Source: Bacteroidota bacterium
GTDB lineage: Bacteria > Bacteroidota > Bacteroidia > AKYH767-A > OLB10
NCBI GenBank assembly: GCA_016714535.1
Contig: JADKDR010000001.1
Location: 466,998 to 530,997, forward strand
Reading direction: 5' to 3'
Length of the DNA stretch: 64,000 nt
Shown: piece by piece, positions 10,915 through 20,809 of the stretch
How the letters are laid out: the number at the start of each line of letters is the position of its first letter
How positions within the stretch are numbered: the first letter of the stretch is position 1
Made by a program: the position numbers and the translations under genes
Notes under the pieces: generated by a model
Told to the model about the DNA's origin: nothing
What the model saw: the letters and a program-made list of their open reading frames with translations, nothing else
The model's database searches: none

Positions 10915-12786
10915 ATGATTCAGAAAAATTTCAGTTTACTTATGGATAAGCAGACACAAACCCTTCAACAGGTAATTATCAAATTTGCAGGAGACAGTGG
11001 CGATGGTATGCAACTTACCGGCACACAATTTACAAATACGACTGCCTTGTTTGGAAATGACTTAAGTACATTTCCTGATTTTCCGGCAGAGATACGTGCA
11101 CCTCAAGGAACATTAGCTGGTGTTTCGGGGTATCAGCTGCATTTTGGTTCGGTCAACATATACACTCCAGGTGACAGCTGCGATGTACTTGTAACCATGA
11201 ATGCCGCAGGCCTAAAAGCAAATATAAAAAATGTAAAAAAAGGAGGCACCATCATTGCCAATACAGATGGCTTTGATCCAAAAAACCTACGATTGGCCCA
11301 CATACCCGAAGCTGAAAATCCGATAGAAAATGGATCGCTGGATGGGTACAAGCTTATAAAAATTGATGTAACCAAACTTACCCGCAGTGCACTCGAAGGC
11401 AGCGGCCTTGGAACCAAAGAGATTGATCGCAGTAAAAATATGTTTGTGTTAGGATTCCTTTATTGGATGTATAACCGTGACCTTACCCTGTCGATAAAAT
11501 TTCTTGAAGAAAAATTTTCAAAGAAGCCGGATATACTTGCCGCCAATATTAAGTTGTTGCAAGCAGGTTATGCATATGGTGAAACAACGGAGACTATCGA
11601 AACACGCTTTCAGGTAAATCCTGCGCCTATGAAGCCCGGCATTTACCGCAATATTATGGGCAATCAGGCATTGGCTATAGGTCTGGTAGCTGCAAGTGAG
11701 CAAAGTAAGCTGCCACTTTTTTATGGAACCTATCCTATAACTCCGGCTTCCGATATTTTGCACGAATTATCTAAATATAAAAATTTCGGAGTACGCACTT
11801 TTCAGGCAGAAGATGAGATAGCAGCAATTTGCAGTGCTATTGGAGCAAGTTTTGGCGGTGCCTTGGGAATTACTGCCTCGTCAGGTCCGGGTATAGCCTT
11901 AAAGGGCGAAGCTATGGGCCTTGCAGTCATGCTCGAATTACCTTTGGTAATTTGCAATATACAACGTGGTGGACCCTCTACCGGCCTGCCAACCAAAACC
12001 GAACAAAGCGATTTGTTGCAAGCCATGTATGGCCGCAATGGAGAAGCACCTATGCCTGTGATAGCTGCATCAACACCAGCCGATTGCTTTCATGTAGCAT
12101 TAGAAGCTTGCCGCATAGCAGTTGAGTTTATGACCCCGGTAATGTTACTTAGCGATGGTTACATTGCAAATGGAGCCGAACCATGGCAGTTTCCGCAACA
12201 AAAAGATTTGCCCGCTATAAACGTTTCTTTTTTACAAGAGAAAAATGGGGATAAATTTTTGCCATACAAGCGTGATGAAAAGCTATCACGTCCTTGGGCA
12301 ATTCCCGGCACTCCGGGCTTAGAGCATCGCATTGGTGGATTAGAAAAACAACACGAAACAGGAAACATTAGTTACGACAATGAGAATCATGAGTTCATGG
12401 TAAAATTGCGTCAGAGTAAGGTTGATAAAGTGGCCGATTATATTCCGTTGCAAAAAATGGATAATGGAAATGAAAAAGGAAAATTGCTGGTAGTTGGTTG
12501 GGGAAGCACCTATGGCGCCATAAAAAGTGCAGTATTGCAGGCGCGTGCCAAAGGATACGATGTTAGTCATGCACATATAAAATACATTTCGCCTTTCCCA
12601 AAAAACTTAGGAGAGTTGTTTTATAATTTCGAAAAAATACTTGTTCCCGAAATGAACACAGGGCAATTAATCATGATGATTCGCAGTAAATTCCTGGTGC
12701 CTGCTGTTGGGTTAAATAAAATAAAAGGAATTCCATTTGAAGCAGGTGAGATTTTAAATAAAATAGAAGAAATGATAGGGCAATAA
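10915..12786 (+). CDS. korA: 2-oxoacid (2-oxoglutarate):ferredoxin oxidoreductase subunit alpha.
   Basis: 623 aa. The N-terminus IIKFAGDSGDGMQLTGTQF is characteristic of KorA/OorA. Followed directly by the beta subunit. Confidence 0.85.
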   Translation: MIQKNFSLLMDKQTQTLQQVIIKFAGDSGDGMQLTGTQFTNTTALFGNDLSTFPDFPAEIRAPQGTLAGVSGYQLHFGSVNIYTPGDSCDVLVTMNAAGLKANIKNVKKGGTIIANTDGFDPKNLRLAHIPEAENPIENGSLDGYKLIKIDVTKLTRSALEGSGLGTKEIDRSKNMFVLGFLYWMYNRDLTLSIKFLEEKFSKKPDILAANIKLLQAGYAYGETTETIETRFQVNPAPMKPGIYRNIMGNQALAIGLVAASEQSKLPLFYGTYPITPASDILHELSKYKNFGVRTFQAEDEIAAICSAIGASFGGALGITASSGPGIALKGEAMGLAVMLELPLVICNIQRGGPSTGLPTKTEQSDLLQAMYGRNGEAPMPVIAASTPADCFHVALEACRIAVEFMTPVMLLSDGYIANGAEPWQFPQQKDLPAINVSFLQEKNGDKFLPYKRDEKLSRPWAIPGTPGLEHRIGGLEKQHETGNISYDNENHEFMVKLRQSKVDKVADYIPLQKMDNGNEKGKLLVVGWGSTYGAIKSAVLQARAKGYDVSHAHIKYISPFPKNLGELFYNFEKILVPEMNTGQLIMMIRSKFLVPAVGLNKIKGIPFEAGEILNKIEEMIGQ

Positions 12787-12905
12787 TTGATTGCATGCCA
12801 AGAAAAAACTTTCGTAAACAGGGAATGGCGAATACGAAATGAAAATCAGATTTTAAGCCATTCAAAAAAAATAAAATGAAACCAGAATTAAAGAAATACT
12901 AAGAT

Positions 12906-13943
12906 ATGTCAAGCAAGCCAAATTCGTTAACGACCTTTACGTCAAAAGAATTAGTAACCGATCAGGATGTGCGCTGGTGTCCGGGGTGTGGAGATTACTC
13001 CATTTTAAAACAGGCACAAACTGTTATTCCTGAATTAGGAATACCACGCGAGAATATTGTATTTATATCCGGTATAGGATGTTCATCGCGCTTTCCCTAT
13101 TATATGGAAACATATGGCATGCACAGCATACATGGCCGTGCTATGGCATTTGCCAGTGGAATTAAAAGTACCCGGCCAGAATTAAGCATATGGGTAGTAA
13201 CAGGCGATGGCGATGCCATGTCGATTGGCGGCAACCATTTTATACATATGATGCGCAGAAATTTTAATCTGAATATTCTGTTATTCAATAATCAGATTTA
13301 TGGATTAACCAAAGGGCAGTATTCACCAACTAGCGAAGAGGGCAAAATCACAAAGTCGACACCTTATGGCTCACTCGATCATCCTTTTAATCCAATAGCA
13401 CTTGCTATGGGCGCTGATGCCACCTTTGTAGCACGCAGTATGGATCGCGATCCGGTACATTTGAAAGATATGCTTCGCAAAGCACATGCTCATAAGGGCG
13501 CCTCGTTTGTCGAGATTTATCAAAACTGCAATGTTTTTAACGATGGTACATTTGAAATTTTTACCGAAAAATCTTCGAAGAAGCAAGAGACCTTAATGAT
13601 AGAACATGGCAAACCACTTGTGTTTGGCGCTACTAGTGAAAAGGGAATCAAGCTTGATGGATTTACACCAACCATTGTTGATATTGGTGACAGCGTTAGT
13701 GTTGACGATTTATGGGTGCATGATGAAACCGACCGTGTAAAGGCGGGAATCATTTCTCGCTTTTTTGATAATCCAATGACTGACGGACATTTTCCACGTC
13801 CATTTGGAATTTTCTGGCGCGAAAACCGCAAGTGCTACGAAGATGATTTGAATCAACAAATACAAGATGTGATAACTAAAAAAGGGAATGGCAAACTAGA
13901 TGACTTGCTGCGTGGCAGGGATGTTTGGGAAATCAAAGCCTAA
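12906..13943 (+). CDS. korB: 2-oxoacid:ferredoxin oxidoreductase subunit beta (TPP-binding).
   Basis: 345 aa. Contains the TPP-binding GDGD motif (WVVTGDGDAMSIGGNHFIH). Operonic with korA. Confidence 0.85.
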   Translation: MSSKPNSLTTFTSKELVTDQDVRWCPGCGDYSILKQAQTVIPELGIPRENIVFISGIGCSSRFPYYMETYGMHSIHGRAMAFASGIKSTRPELSIWVVTGDGDAMSIGGNHFIHMMRRNFNLNILLFNNQIYGLTKGQYSPTSEEGKITKSTPYGSLDHPFNPIALAMGADATFVARSMDRDPVHLKDMLRKAHAHKGASFVEIYQNCNVFNDGTFEIFTEKSSKKQETLMIEHGKPLVFGATSEKGIKLDGFTPTIVDIGDSVSVDDLWVHDETDRVKAGIISRFFDNPMTDGHFPRPFGIFWRENRKCYEDDLNQQIQDVITKKGNGKLDDLLRGRDVWEIKA

Positions 13944-13977
13944 AATATTTTTTTAGTAAACTAAAAATAAAAATTTT

Positions 13978-14010
13978 GGCGGTGATGTCGTTTGGGTTGA
14001 CAGTCACCGC
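13978..14010. terminator. Hairpin (GCGGTGA-18 nt loop-TCACCGC) with flanking A/T runs. Candidate bidirectional terminator downstream of korB and ancestrally of tonB.
   Basis: Inverted repeat seen directly, flanked by aaaaataaaaatttt on the left and ttgaattaaaa on the right. Confidence 0.4.
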
Positions 14011-14215
14011 TTTGAATTAAAACTACCCCTTTTAATTTTTTATATGATTGAAAAGTATCATTGTCAATTTTTTTGTAGTGCTTTCAAGTACAATGTAATA
14101 ACGATTGACTTTATACTTTGTTTTATTGTTAAGCATTTTTTAACGGTACTAAGTTTTTGCCTCTTTGTATAATAGTACGAACGCATTTCATAGTTCGTTA
14201 GTGCATATTCAAATT
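13978..14215. repeat. Copy 1 of a ~235 bp direct repeat. Part of a decayed ~870 bp segmental duplication of the tonB 3' flank.
   Basis: About 85-90% identical by eye to 14847-15085. Shared strings include atgtcgtttgg, ttgaca, tcaccgct, gaattaaaactaccccttttaattttttatatg, tgttttattgttaagcatt, gcctctttgta and agtacgaacgcatttca. Confidence 0.6.
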
Positions 14216-14400
14216 TTTTTTTATTTTTAAAGCAAGTTCAATTTAACATTTAAACGTTGGCTGATTTGTACTTCTGGTTTCTATTTAGGTATTGCGCAAA
14301 TCAAGCGGATAGCATTTCAAAATCAACTGCTGCTTTCCGTCCGCAGTTGAAATGTATATGGTTAATAATTTTGTAAAACAAAAAAGTTCCAGGAGGCTAT
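14216..14400 (-). pseudogene. Degenerate remnant of the tonB 3' coding end (duplicate of 15089-15270).
   Basis: Copy-1 sequence ttctggtttctatttaggtattgcgcaaatcaagcgg...tttcaaaatcaactgctgc...cagttgaaatgtatatggtt parallels the tonB end ttcctggtttccatttaggcatgatgccaattaatcgtgc...tttcaaaatcagctgctcc...cttcaatgccattaatggtt. No intact ORF. Confidence 0.4.
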
Positions 14401-14808
14401 AAAATCAAAATCGAATTCATGTTGCTTTTTTATTGCAGAAACTTCCAGCTACATATTTTGAATTTTTTACTTCATAGAGAATCCGATAAAAATAATTTTT
14501 CATTCAGTTCATTAATTATTCTTAGAAGATAGCAGGCCATCCTATAGTTGACGTGAGCTGCAAGCTTATGCTAGCCATGCTAATGTTTAATAAAACTAAC
14601 AGTAACAGAATTTTGAAAACAAGAAAACTAGAAGATAAATTATTTGCTGGGACGAGCTAAACGCTCGCGCCAGCAGCGGATCTAGATGAGGATATTTCAT
14701 TACAAGGCCTATTAAAAAATCTATAAACGCCTTTACCTTTTATTTGAAGTAAAAGATTTTCTTGGTTACCTATAAATAAGGAATCCGAATTACTTCGGAT
14801 TTTTTTGT
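14380..14808 (+). ncRNA. Candidate small transcript or sRNA. Bacteroidetes-type -7 box TAATTTTG at 14366-14373, internal GC-rich hairpin at 14646-14674, intrinsic terminator at 14781-14808.
   Basis: Motifs seen directly. The 14646-14674 hairpin is GCTGG-GA-CGAGC-taaac-GCTCG-CG-CCAGC. A 37-codon ORF at 14419-14532 is not convincing as a coding sequence. No known RNA family recognised. Confidence 0.2.
14781..14808 (+). terminator. Rho-independent terminator.
   Basis: Stem AATCCGAA/TTCGGATT with a 4 nt loop, followed by TTTTTTT. Confidence 0.55.
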
Positions 14809-14846
14809 CTTTGTTGCAACTTAAATATGCACCAATAAAAAAGCGG

Positions 14847-15085
14847 AGATGTCGTTTGGTTTGACAATCACCGCTTAGAATTAAAACTACCCCTTTTAAT
14901 TTTTTATATGTTAGAAAAGTTATATTGTCAATTTTTTGTAGTGCTTAATTGGCAAGTACATTATTAGAACGATTGGCCTTATGCTTTGTTTTATTGTTAA
15001 GCATTATTTAACGCTACCAAGTTATTGCCTCTTTGTATGAAAGTACGAACGCATTTCAATTTTCGTTAGTGCCATCCGCAAAGTT
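14847..15085. repeat. Copy 2 of the ~235 bp direct repeat. This is the functional tonB 3' flank, including a terminator hairpin at 14847-14882 read on the minus strand.
   Basis: Matches 13978-14215. The minus-strand hairpin AAGCGGTGA...TCTCCGCTT is followed by TTTTTTATT. Confidence 0.6.
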
Positions 15086-15088
15086 TTT

Positions 15089-15907
15089 TTATTTTGTTTT
15101 AAATGCAATGGGTAAGTTCATAATTACATTAACACTTTGCCCGTTCTGAATTCCTGGTTTCCATTTAGGCATGATGCCAATTAATCGTGCAGCTTCCTTT
15201 TCAAAATCAGCTGCTCCTGCTACCCCTCTTAAAACTTCAATGCCATTAATGGTTCCGTCTTTTCGTACCACAAAACTCATATACACAGTTCCTTCTGCAC
15301 CTATCTCAAGCAGGTGGCGTGGGTACTTTACCTTGCTCTGAATAAACTGCAACATAGCTTCATATCCTCCGGGATACTCCGGCATATTCTGTACAACACG
15401 ATGATTGGTATTGTTGCCAACATCTGTTGAGTCTATACCCTTGCCTCCGCTATTATCAATAATTGCAAGACTATCAGTACCCTTGCCCGTTGAGCCGCTC
15501 GTATTAACAGACTTGTCGTCCAGATTTAGCTTTGCCAGATCATCGTCATCTGCATTGAGCGAATCGTCTGCAACAATCAAAGGTTGTAAATTTTCTTTGG
15601 GTGCTGGTGCAGGCGCAGCAGCTTGTTCTTGTTTAGGCGTTGCCAACTCCTCCTTTGGCGCTATAAAAATGTCTTCCATAATATGCGGAATGCTTACAAA
15701 TTTATCTTGCACATTGGTAACCGGATTAAAATATTGCCATGCAAATGCCATAATAATTGCAGTAGCTATCAATCCATAAGCAGCTAACATCCCTTTTACC
15801 GTGCGCGCAGCTGCATTTGTGCGCAACTCATATGCTCCGTATGCTTTGTTCTTGTTTTCGAAAAGTTGGTCACACCAGCCTTTCGAATAAATGCCTTGTT
15901 GTTTCAT
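15089..15907 (-). CDS. tonB: Energy transducer TonB.
   Basis: 272 aa with an N-terminal TM anchor, a Pro/Ala-rich linker (AAAPAPAPKE) and a TonB C-terminal domain (GAEGTVYMSFVVRKDGTINGIEVLRG). Confidence 0.8.
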   Translation of the reverse strand: MKQQGIYSKGWCDQLFENKNKAYGAYELRTNAAARTVKGMLAAYGLIATAIIMAFAWQYFNPVTNVQDKFVSIPHIMEDIFIAPKEELATPKQEQAAAPAPAPKENLQPLIVADDSLNADDDDLAKLNLDDKSVNTSGSTGKGTDSLAIIDNSGGKGIDSTDVGNNTNHRVVQNMPEYPGGYEAMLQFIQSKVKYPRHLLEIGAEGTVYMSFVVRKDGTINGIEVLRGVAGAADFEKEAARLIGIMPKWKPGIQNGQSVNVIMNLPIAFKTK

Positions 15908-16062
15908 CTTCTTTTTTTTTGAGTGGTTTAATCATAAGATGAAAAGGCATTTAATTTTCCATAAGCAACTATAATAACATCATGTTTAGTTACATAATTT
16001 TGACAAACGAATAATGGGAAACTAAAATGTGCAGGGTTTGATTTTGCAGGAGCACGAAAAAT

Positions 16063-17049
16063 TTACCGGTAAACTTCGGTAGCCCCTGACCCAAAGCGCA
16101 AGCTATCAGCATCGCGAAATCTAAGAAACGTAAATTGCCTTAACTCTTCTCTTATTAATCGTTTCAGCACTCCGTCCCCAACTCCATGAATAAAAATAAT
16201 TTGCTCTCCATTCTTAACTATAAAGTTGTTAAGAGCCATCTTAAACGCTTGCATCTGATGCCAAATGATTGTTTCGTTAGGGGTGTTATTGGTGTTCACC
16301 TTCAGCGCTTCGGTATGCAAATCAACAACAACCGGAGCTGACAGTTCTCTTTGATACGAAACATCCTTAATGGGAACGTGTTTGATGGAGCCCAGATTTT
16401 TTAATAGTTCAATATCTATTTCTTCTTTTATAAAGTTATAGAGTAACTGCATGCGCACAAACGCAAATCTACCTTTATGCTGATGGTCAACCACATCACG
16501 CCCGGGCATTTGAAAAGGGATAGTGCTTGCTTGGGGACGATAATAGTTAGTCAAATTATTGTCGAGCAAAAGCAAATCAACTTGCAGTGCACTAACCTGC
16601 GAAAAATATTTTCTTTCCTTGTTATCAATAACCTTATACGTTCCAGATTCAATCAACTCTAAACACAATGGAATTTTGGGCTCAACAGCTAATGAAACAC
16701 CAATGGCTATGCGGCAGTTAGTCCGGTTTACAATAGCTATTTCTATCGGCCCCAGATTAATCTGCGTATCGTCAGCGGGCAGGGATATCAATGCCACAGT
16801 TCCATCAGGCGCAAGGCTGGTATACTTATCTGCTGCTTGCTTTACTGTTTCTTCGTTTTCTCGTTCACGAAAAATACTTTCCACAGCAGCAGGTTTTATG
16901 AATACTGCGGCTAACTCATTTTCCGAAACATCGATAGGAAAGTCGCCATCCACTTCAACCTTTACCGAACCATCCTTATTATAAGACAGTATCGTTCCTT
17001 CTAATTTTTCGTTTTTAAAGGTTACAAACTCACCTGCTTTAAATTTCAT
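16063..17049 (-). CDS. DUF2027-like protein with a C-terminal Smr domain.
   Basis: 328 aa with a C-terminal Smr-like segment (VVVDLHTEAL...IIFIHGVGDGVLKRLIREEL). Confidence 0.65.
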   Translation of the reverse strand: MKFKAGEFVTFKNEKLEGTILSYNKDGSVKVEVDGDFPIDVSENELAAVFIKPAAVESIFRERENEETVKQAADKYTSLAPDGTVALISLPADDTQINLGPIEIAIVNRTNCRIAIGVSLAVEPKIPLCLELIESGTYKVIDNKERKYFSQVSALQVDLLLLDNNLTNYYRPQASTIPFQMPGRDVVDHQHKGRFAFVRMQLLYNFIKEEIDIELLKNLGSIKHVPIKDVSYQRELSAPVVVDLHTEALKVNTNNTPNETIIWHQMQAFKMALNNFIVKNGEQIIFIHGVGDGVLKRLIREELRQFTFLRFRDADSLRFGSGATEVYR

Positions 17050-17100
17050 TTCGTTATACTGTCAATTTGAGCGCTAAATAACGATTTCGTTTTCTAACTT

Positions 17101-20005
17101 TTAATCAGCCTTATAAAACATAACCCTTTCGGCAAATTCACTGTTGCTAATCTCCATGAAGTAATAGGCTGAAGCAAAATAGCTTAGATCAATTTCCAAT
17201 TGCGCAGCGGCAAAGGGGTAATATTTTTCAAAAACCTTTTTACCTGCGGCACTGTAAATAGTACAAATCAGGCTTTTATTTTTTACAGTGGCAGGCAAGT
17301 TTACATACATAACCTGTTGCACAGGATTTGGATACACCTGAATATTTATTAAACCTTGAGTAACGCCTTGCCTTATATTTACAATACTGATAGAATTATT
17401 TCGCGCACACTTTTTATTGTCCTTTACGGTAACAATATAATTTCCAGCAACCAATCCGGTGGCAGTTTGTGTGGTTTGCAATGGACTGGTATTCCAGGTA
17501 TATCGGTAAGGTGTAAATCCATTGGTTGGTGTGGCTGTAGCTGTTCCATTGTTAAATAATGGTGCTGTGGCATCGGTTTTACTCATTGCTATTTGTATTT
17601 GTGCGGGCTGTGTTAATGTTGCTGCAATCGATTTGGTACAAGCATTAGCATCTGTAATGGTACAGGTGTAGGTGCCAGCTACGAGATTATTAATACTGGC
17701 AGTAGTTTTATTATTGCTCCACAAATAGGAATATGAACCTCCACCTCCCGAAGGGGATACGGTGGCTATACCATTTTTACTACCAAAACATTTTAGAATA
17801 GTTTGCGTTAAATTAGGGACAATGTCAGTAAACTGACTTACTGTAAAAGAGGATGTGGTGCTTACGCCATTTGTTCCGGTAACGGTAACAGTATATGTTC
17901 CTGCACCAAGATTGCCTGCAGGATTGGTAGTTGCACCATTGCTCCAAAGATAACTATACAAAGGCATACCTCCATTTGCAGAAATATTAATGCTGCCATT
18001 AGTTTGCCCAAAACATCCGGCATCTGTAACGTTGCCACTGTCAACTACAAGTGGTGCAGGTGCTGTTATAGTAAAATTGGTATTTGATATATCGAAAAAA
18101 TAATTATCTGCAGCTTCTACTCTTATACGATTAGTGCTTCCGGGATTATTGGGTACAATGAGTACTTCACTACCATCATTGGGTGAACTTGCATTAACAA
18201 TTATGGGATAAGTATTTCCCCCATCGGTACTAAGTAATATTCTAACATTGGCACAGTTTACCGGAGGTAGGTTGGTATTAATTACATTCCAACTAACGGT
18301 TTGATAAGTGCCAGCCTGCCAGGTAAGACCTGTGTTTGGAACGGTCACCGTAAACGGCCCTGATGCACTGTCAACCGTTAATACAACCAATGTATCGTTG
18401 TTAGTAATGCCTGCACCATTCGTGCGATTGTCGCGCACAGTAAGCCTGAATGCCATGTTACGATTATAACCTGGCAGTATTTCACCAATCGTTGTAGTAT
18501 TGTTTATTATATCCGAAATCTTGGGAAAAGTGCGCGTAGCACTTACTACAGGAATAAAAGGCCTGAACAATGGGGCATTACCAGCAGGTACATTCCATGT
18601 ACCTGCTGGCCCAAGGTCAAACTGCTCCCAGCAATAAGTTAAGGCATCATTGTTTGCATCTGTGGCAGCACCTGTTAAGCTAAATGGTGTATTTCGGGGA
18701 ATGGTCTTATTAACTGGTAAGGAAGTAATTACAGGAGGGGTGTTTCCGGTAGCAATAATAGTAGCGCACGTATTTCCATTTCCGGTTTGAGTAAAGGTAA
18801 CAAGATCATTAAAGCTCTTTGCATGAAATGTTGGGATACTATTAGGCGCCAGATTGTTTACACCACAAATGCCTGCATACGCCTGAATGGTTATTCCACT
18901 GCCGGGCTCGTATGCAGATGAAGAAGAACGATTGCCATTACAAGAATTGGTAATGGCATTAAAAGTATGCGGGCCACCATACTGATGTCCTATTTCATGA
19001 GCTACATAATCGATATCAAATGGATCGCCAATGGGGTTACCACCTCCGGTAACTCCACGTGCTTTGAAGTGCTGCTGCAAGGAGAATTTAACGAGGCAAC
19101 ACCTCCTCCACCGGTACTAAATACATGTCCTATATCATAGTTAGCAGTTCCAATAACAGCATCGCAATTGGTTTGGTTCTGTCCAAGCATAGTGCTACCG
19201 CTATTATTGGTATAAGGATCTGTTGCGCCATCGGTATAGATAATTAGCGTATCATTTGGAATTAGTAACATGCGAATATCCACTTCTGATTCATAAACTC
19301 CATTTACACGATTAACAGAAGTAATAATACCTGCCAAAGCACCCGCTTTAGTACCACCATAGTAAGTGGTGTACTCACCCGTAGCAGCCATAGCCAGTCG
19401 GTATGTACGCAACTGTGTGCCACTGCTTCGGTTGCTGTTGTTGGCCACCGATTTAATTTCATTCATATCTACCACATCATCGTTTTCACAAACAAAGGGA
19501 TACTGCCGCTTGCATTGGTTTTTATCAAACACGGCATAATACTTTTCGTTACCATGAATACAAGGGTTAATCAATATCCATTGCTCACCACCAAAAACCA
19601 TTGCATGAAAACCCCATGGTGTATAATCAATTCTTGCTTTTATATGACGGCTTCCAATCTCACTTGCAAGAAAAGTTTTTATTTCAAATGCCTTTTCCTC
19701 TTCTTCAATAATCAGGTTATAATGATAAACTTCAAAATGATGCAAACTGCCATCCGGAAAAGGAAGCGTAAACCGCAGACCCGGAGAAGGCTTTGCATCA
19801 AACGACTCTTGTGGCGCCTTATTTAATTCGGATTTTACTGCATCAAAATCAATGCTATAGTAACTTGTCGAAACCGGATAATCCATTGCTAAACTTCCGG
19901 AAATAACAGGGCGACCAATTCTTTTAAAGAATGACTGTGAGTGCGCAGTGCTAAGGAGAATTGAAAAAATGATACTTAGCTTAATGGCGTATTTTATTTT
20001 ATTCA
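17101..20005 (-). CDS. Secreted reprolysin-like (M12B-type) zinc metallopeptidase with SprB-type repeats and a T9SS type-A C-terminal domain. The reading frame is interrupted by an apparent 1 nt deletion near 19064-19066.
   Basis: N-terminal part (track ORF 19002..20156; probable start MNKIKYAIKLSIIFSILLSTAHS at 20005) and C-terminal part (17101..19080) overlap in different frames. [14 protein letters not shown] HExxH motif. Restoring one A in the minus-strand AAA run gives the continuous read ...[30 protein letters not shown]. SprB-like repeats (CFGQTNGSINISANGGMPLYSYLWSNG). C-terminal QVYPNPVQQVMYVN...MEISNSEFAERVMFYKAD tail. Confidence 0.65.
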
Positions 20006-20226
20006 TATGAATGATGGATTTATTTTTTTTTAAAAGTAGAGAATCTTTTTCAATAAGATATAACACACACTGAAAGCCTGAAAAAAAAATCGCGGAAGCA
20101 TTGAAGCTAAAACATTTAAAACAGGAAAATTGGAAAGTATTTGCTTTAATAAACAAACCACTAAATGAATAGTTTCCTTAAACGTTGGATAAATGTTTGT
20201 AAATTATTCGTGCTAAAAAGCTGTAA

Positions 20227-20784
20227 TTAATTACTGATAAATGCCGGGCGCTTATCGTACTTGCTGGATATATGCAACATTATGCGGATGCCGTTATCAG
20301 TAATTTTGCTGTTGATATTACTATATAAGGCAATACCTATTCCCAAATCTTCGAGAGGTTTTACAACAATAGGCATGTTGGCGCTAGCGCCAATGGTTCG
20401 AAAGAACTTGCCTTCAATATCGTAACCACTTTGTACGGCAGGGCCTAAAAACATACCATATAAGAATAAACGATTGCGCACCACGTAGCCGGCAGCCAGG
20501 TGAAAGGAGTAAACAGAGTATTCACTTTGAAAAATGCTGAAACTTTCTACTCCACCTTGCAAATAAATTTTACCTAATGCACGGTTGTAATCAAAATAAT
20601 AGTTGAGCCCATTGCCACCGCTACCAAGGCGTTCCATGGTAAATCCCAAAGCAAGGTTGCCCCATTGGTAGGCTTTCTTTTTTGGTTTCTTGGTAGCTGA
20701 CTGTGCAGTTGCCCTCATATTTGATAAACCTAGCAAAAGACCTAAAGCGAAAAAAATTTTAAGTAAATTATTCCGTGTGAACAT
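20227..20784 (-). CDS. Small outer-membrane beta-barrel-like protein with signal peptide.
   Basis: 185 aa. Signal peptide (LLGLSNMRATAQS), then alternating hydrophobic beta-strand-like segments. Last gene of the SCO1/MbnP/peroxidase cluster. Confidence 0.45.
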   Translation of the reverse strand: MFTRNNLLKIFFALGLLLGLSNMRATAQSATKKPKKKAYQWGNLALGFTMERLGSGGNGLNYYFDYNRALGKIYLQGGVESFSIFQSEYSVYSFHLAAGYVVRNRLFLYGMFLGPAVQSGYDIEGKFFRTIGASANMPIVVKPLEDLGIGIALYSNINSKITDNGIRIMLHISSKYDKRPAFISN

Positions 20785-20809
20785 TGCGGCAAAAATAGAT
20801 GTTGTTAAA

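Noticed and set aside
14391-14421. AGGAGG followed by ATG, with a 37-codon ORF (14419-14532), as a possible small protein gene.
   Set aside because: The spacer from AGGAGG to ATG is 22 nt, which is too long. Bacteroidota rarely use Shine-Dalgarno pairing. The region is a decayed copy of tonB coding DNA. The peptide has no notable features.
13978-15085. Direct repeats in a long intergenic region considered as a CRISPR array or mobile-element ends.
   Set aside because: There are only two copies, about 235 bp long and about 870 bp apart. The similarity extends into the tonB coding sequence. No cas, transposase or integrase genes are nearby. It is a segmental duplication, not CRISPR or an insertion sequence.
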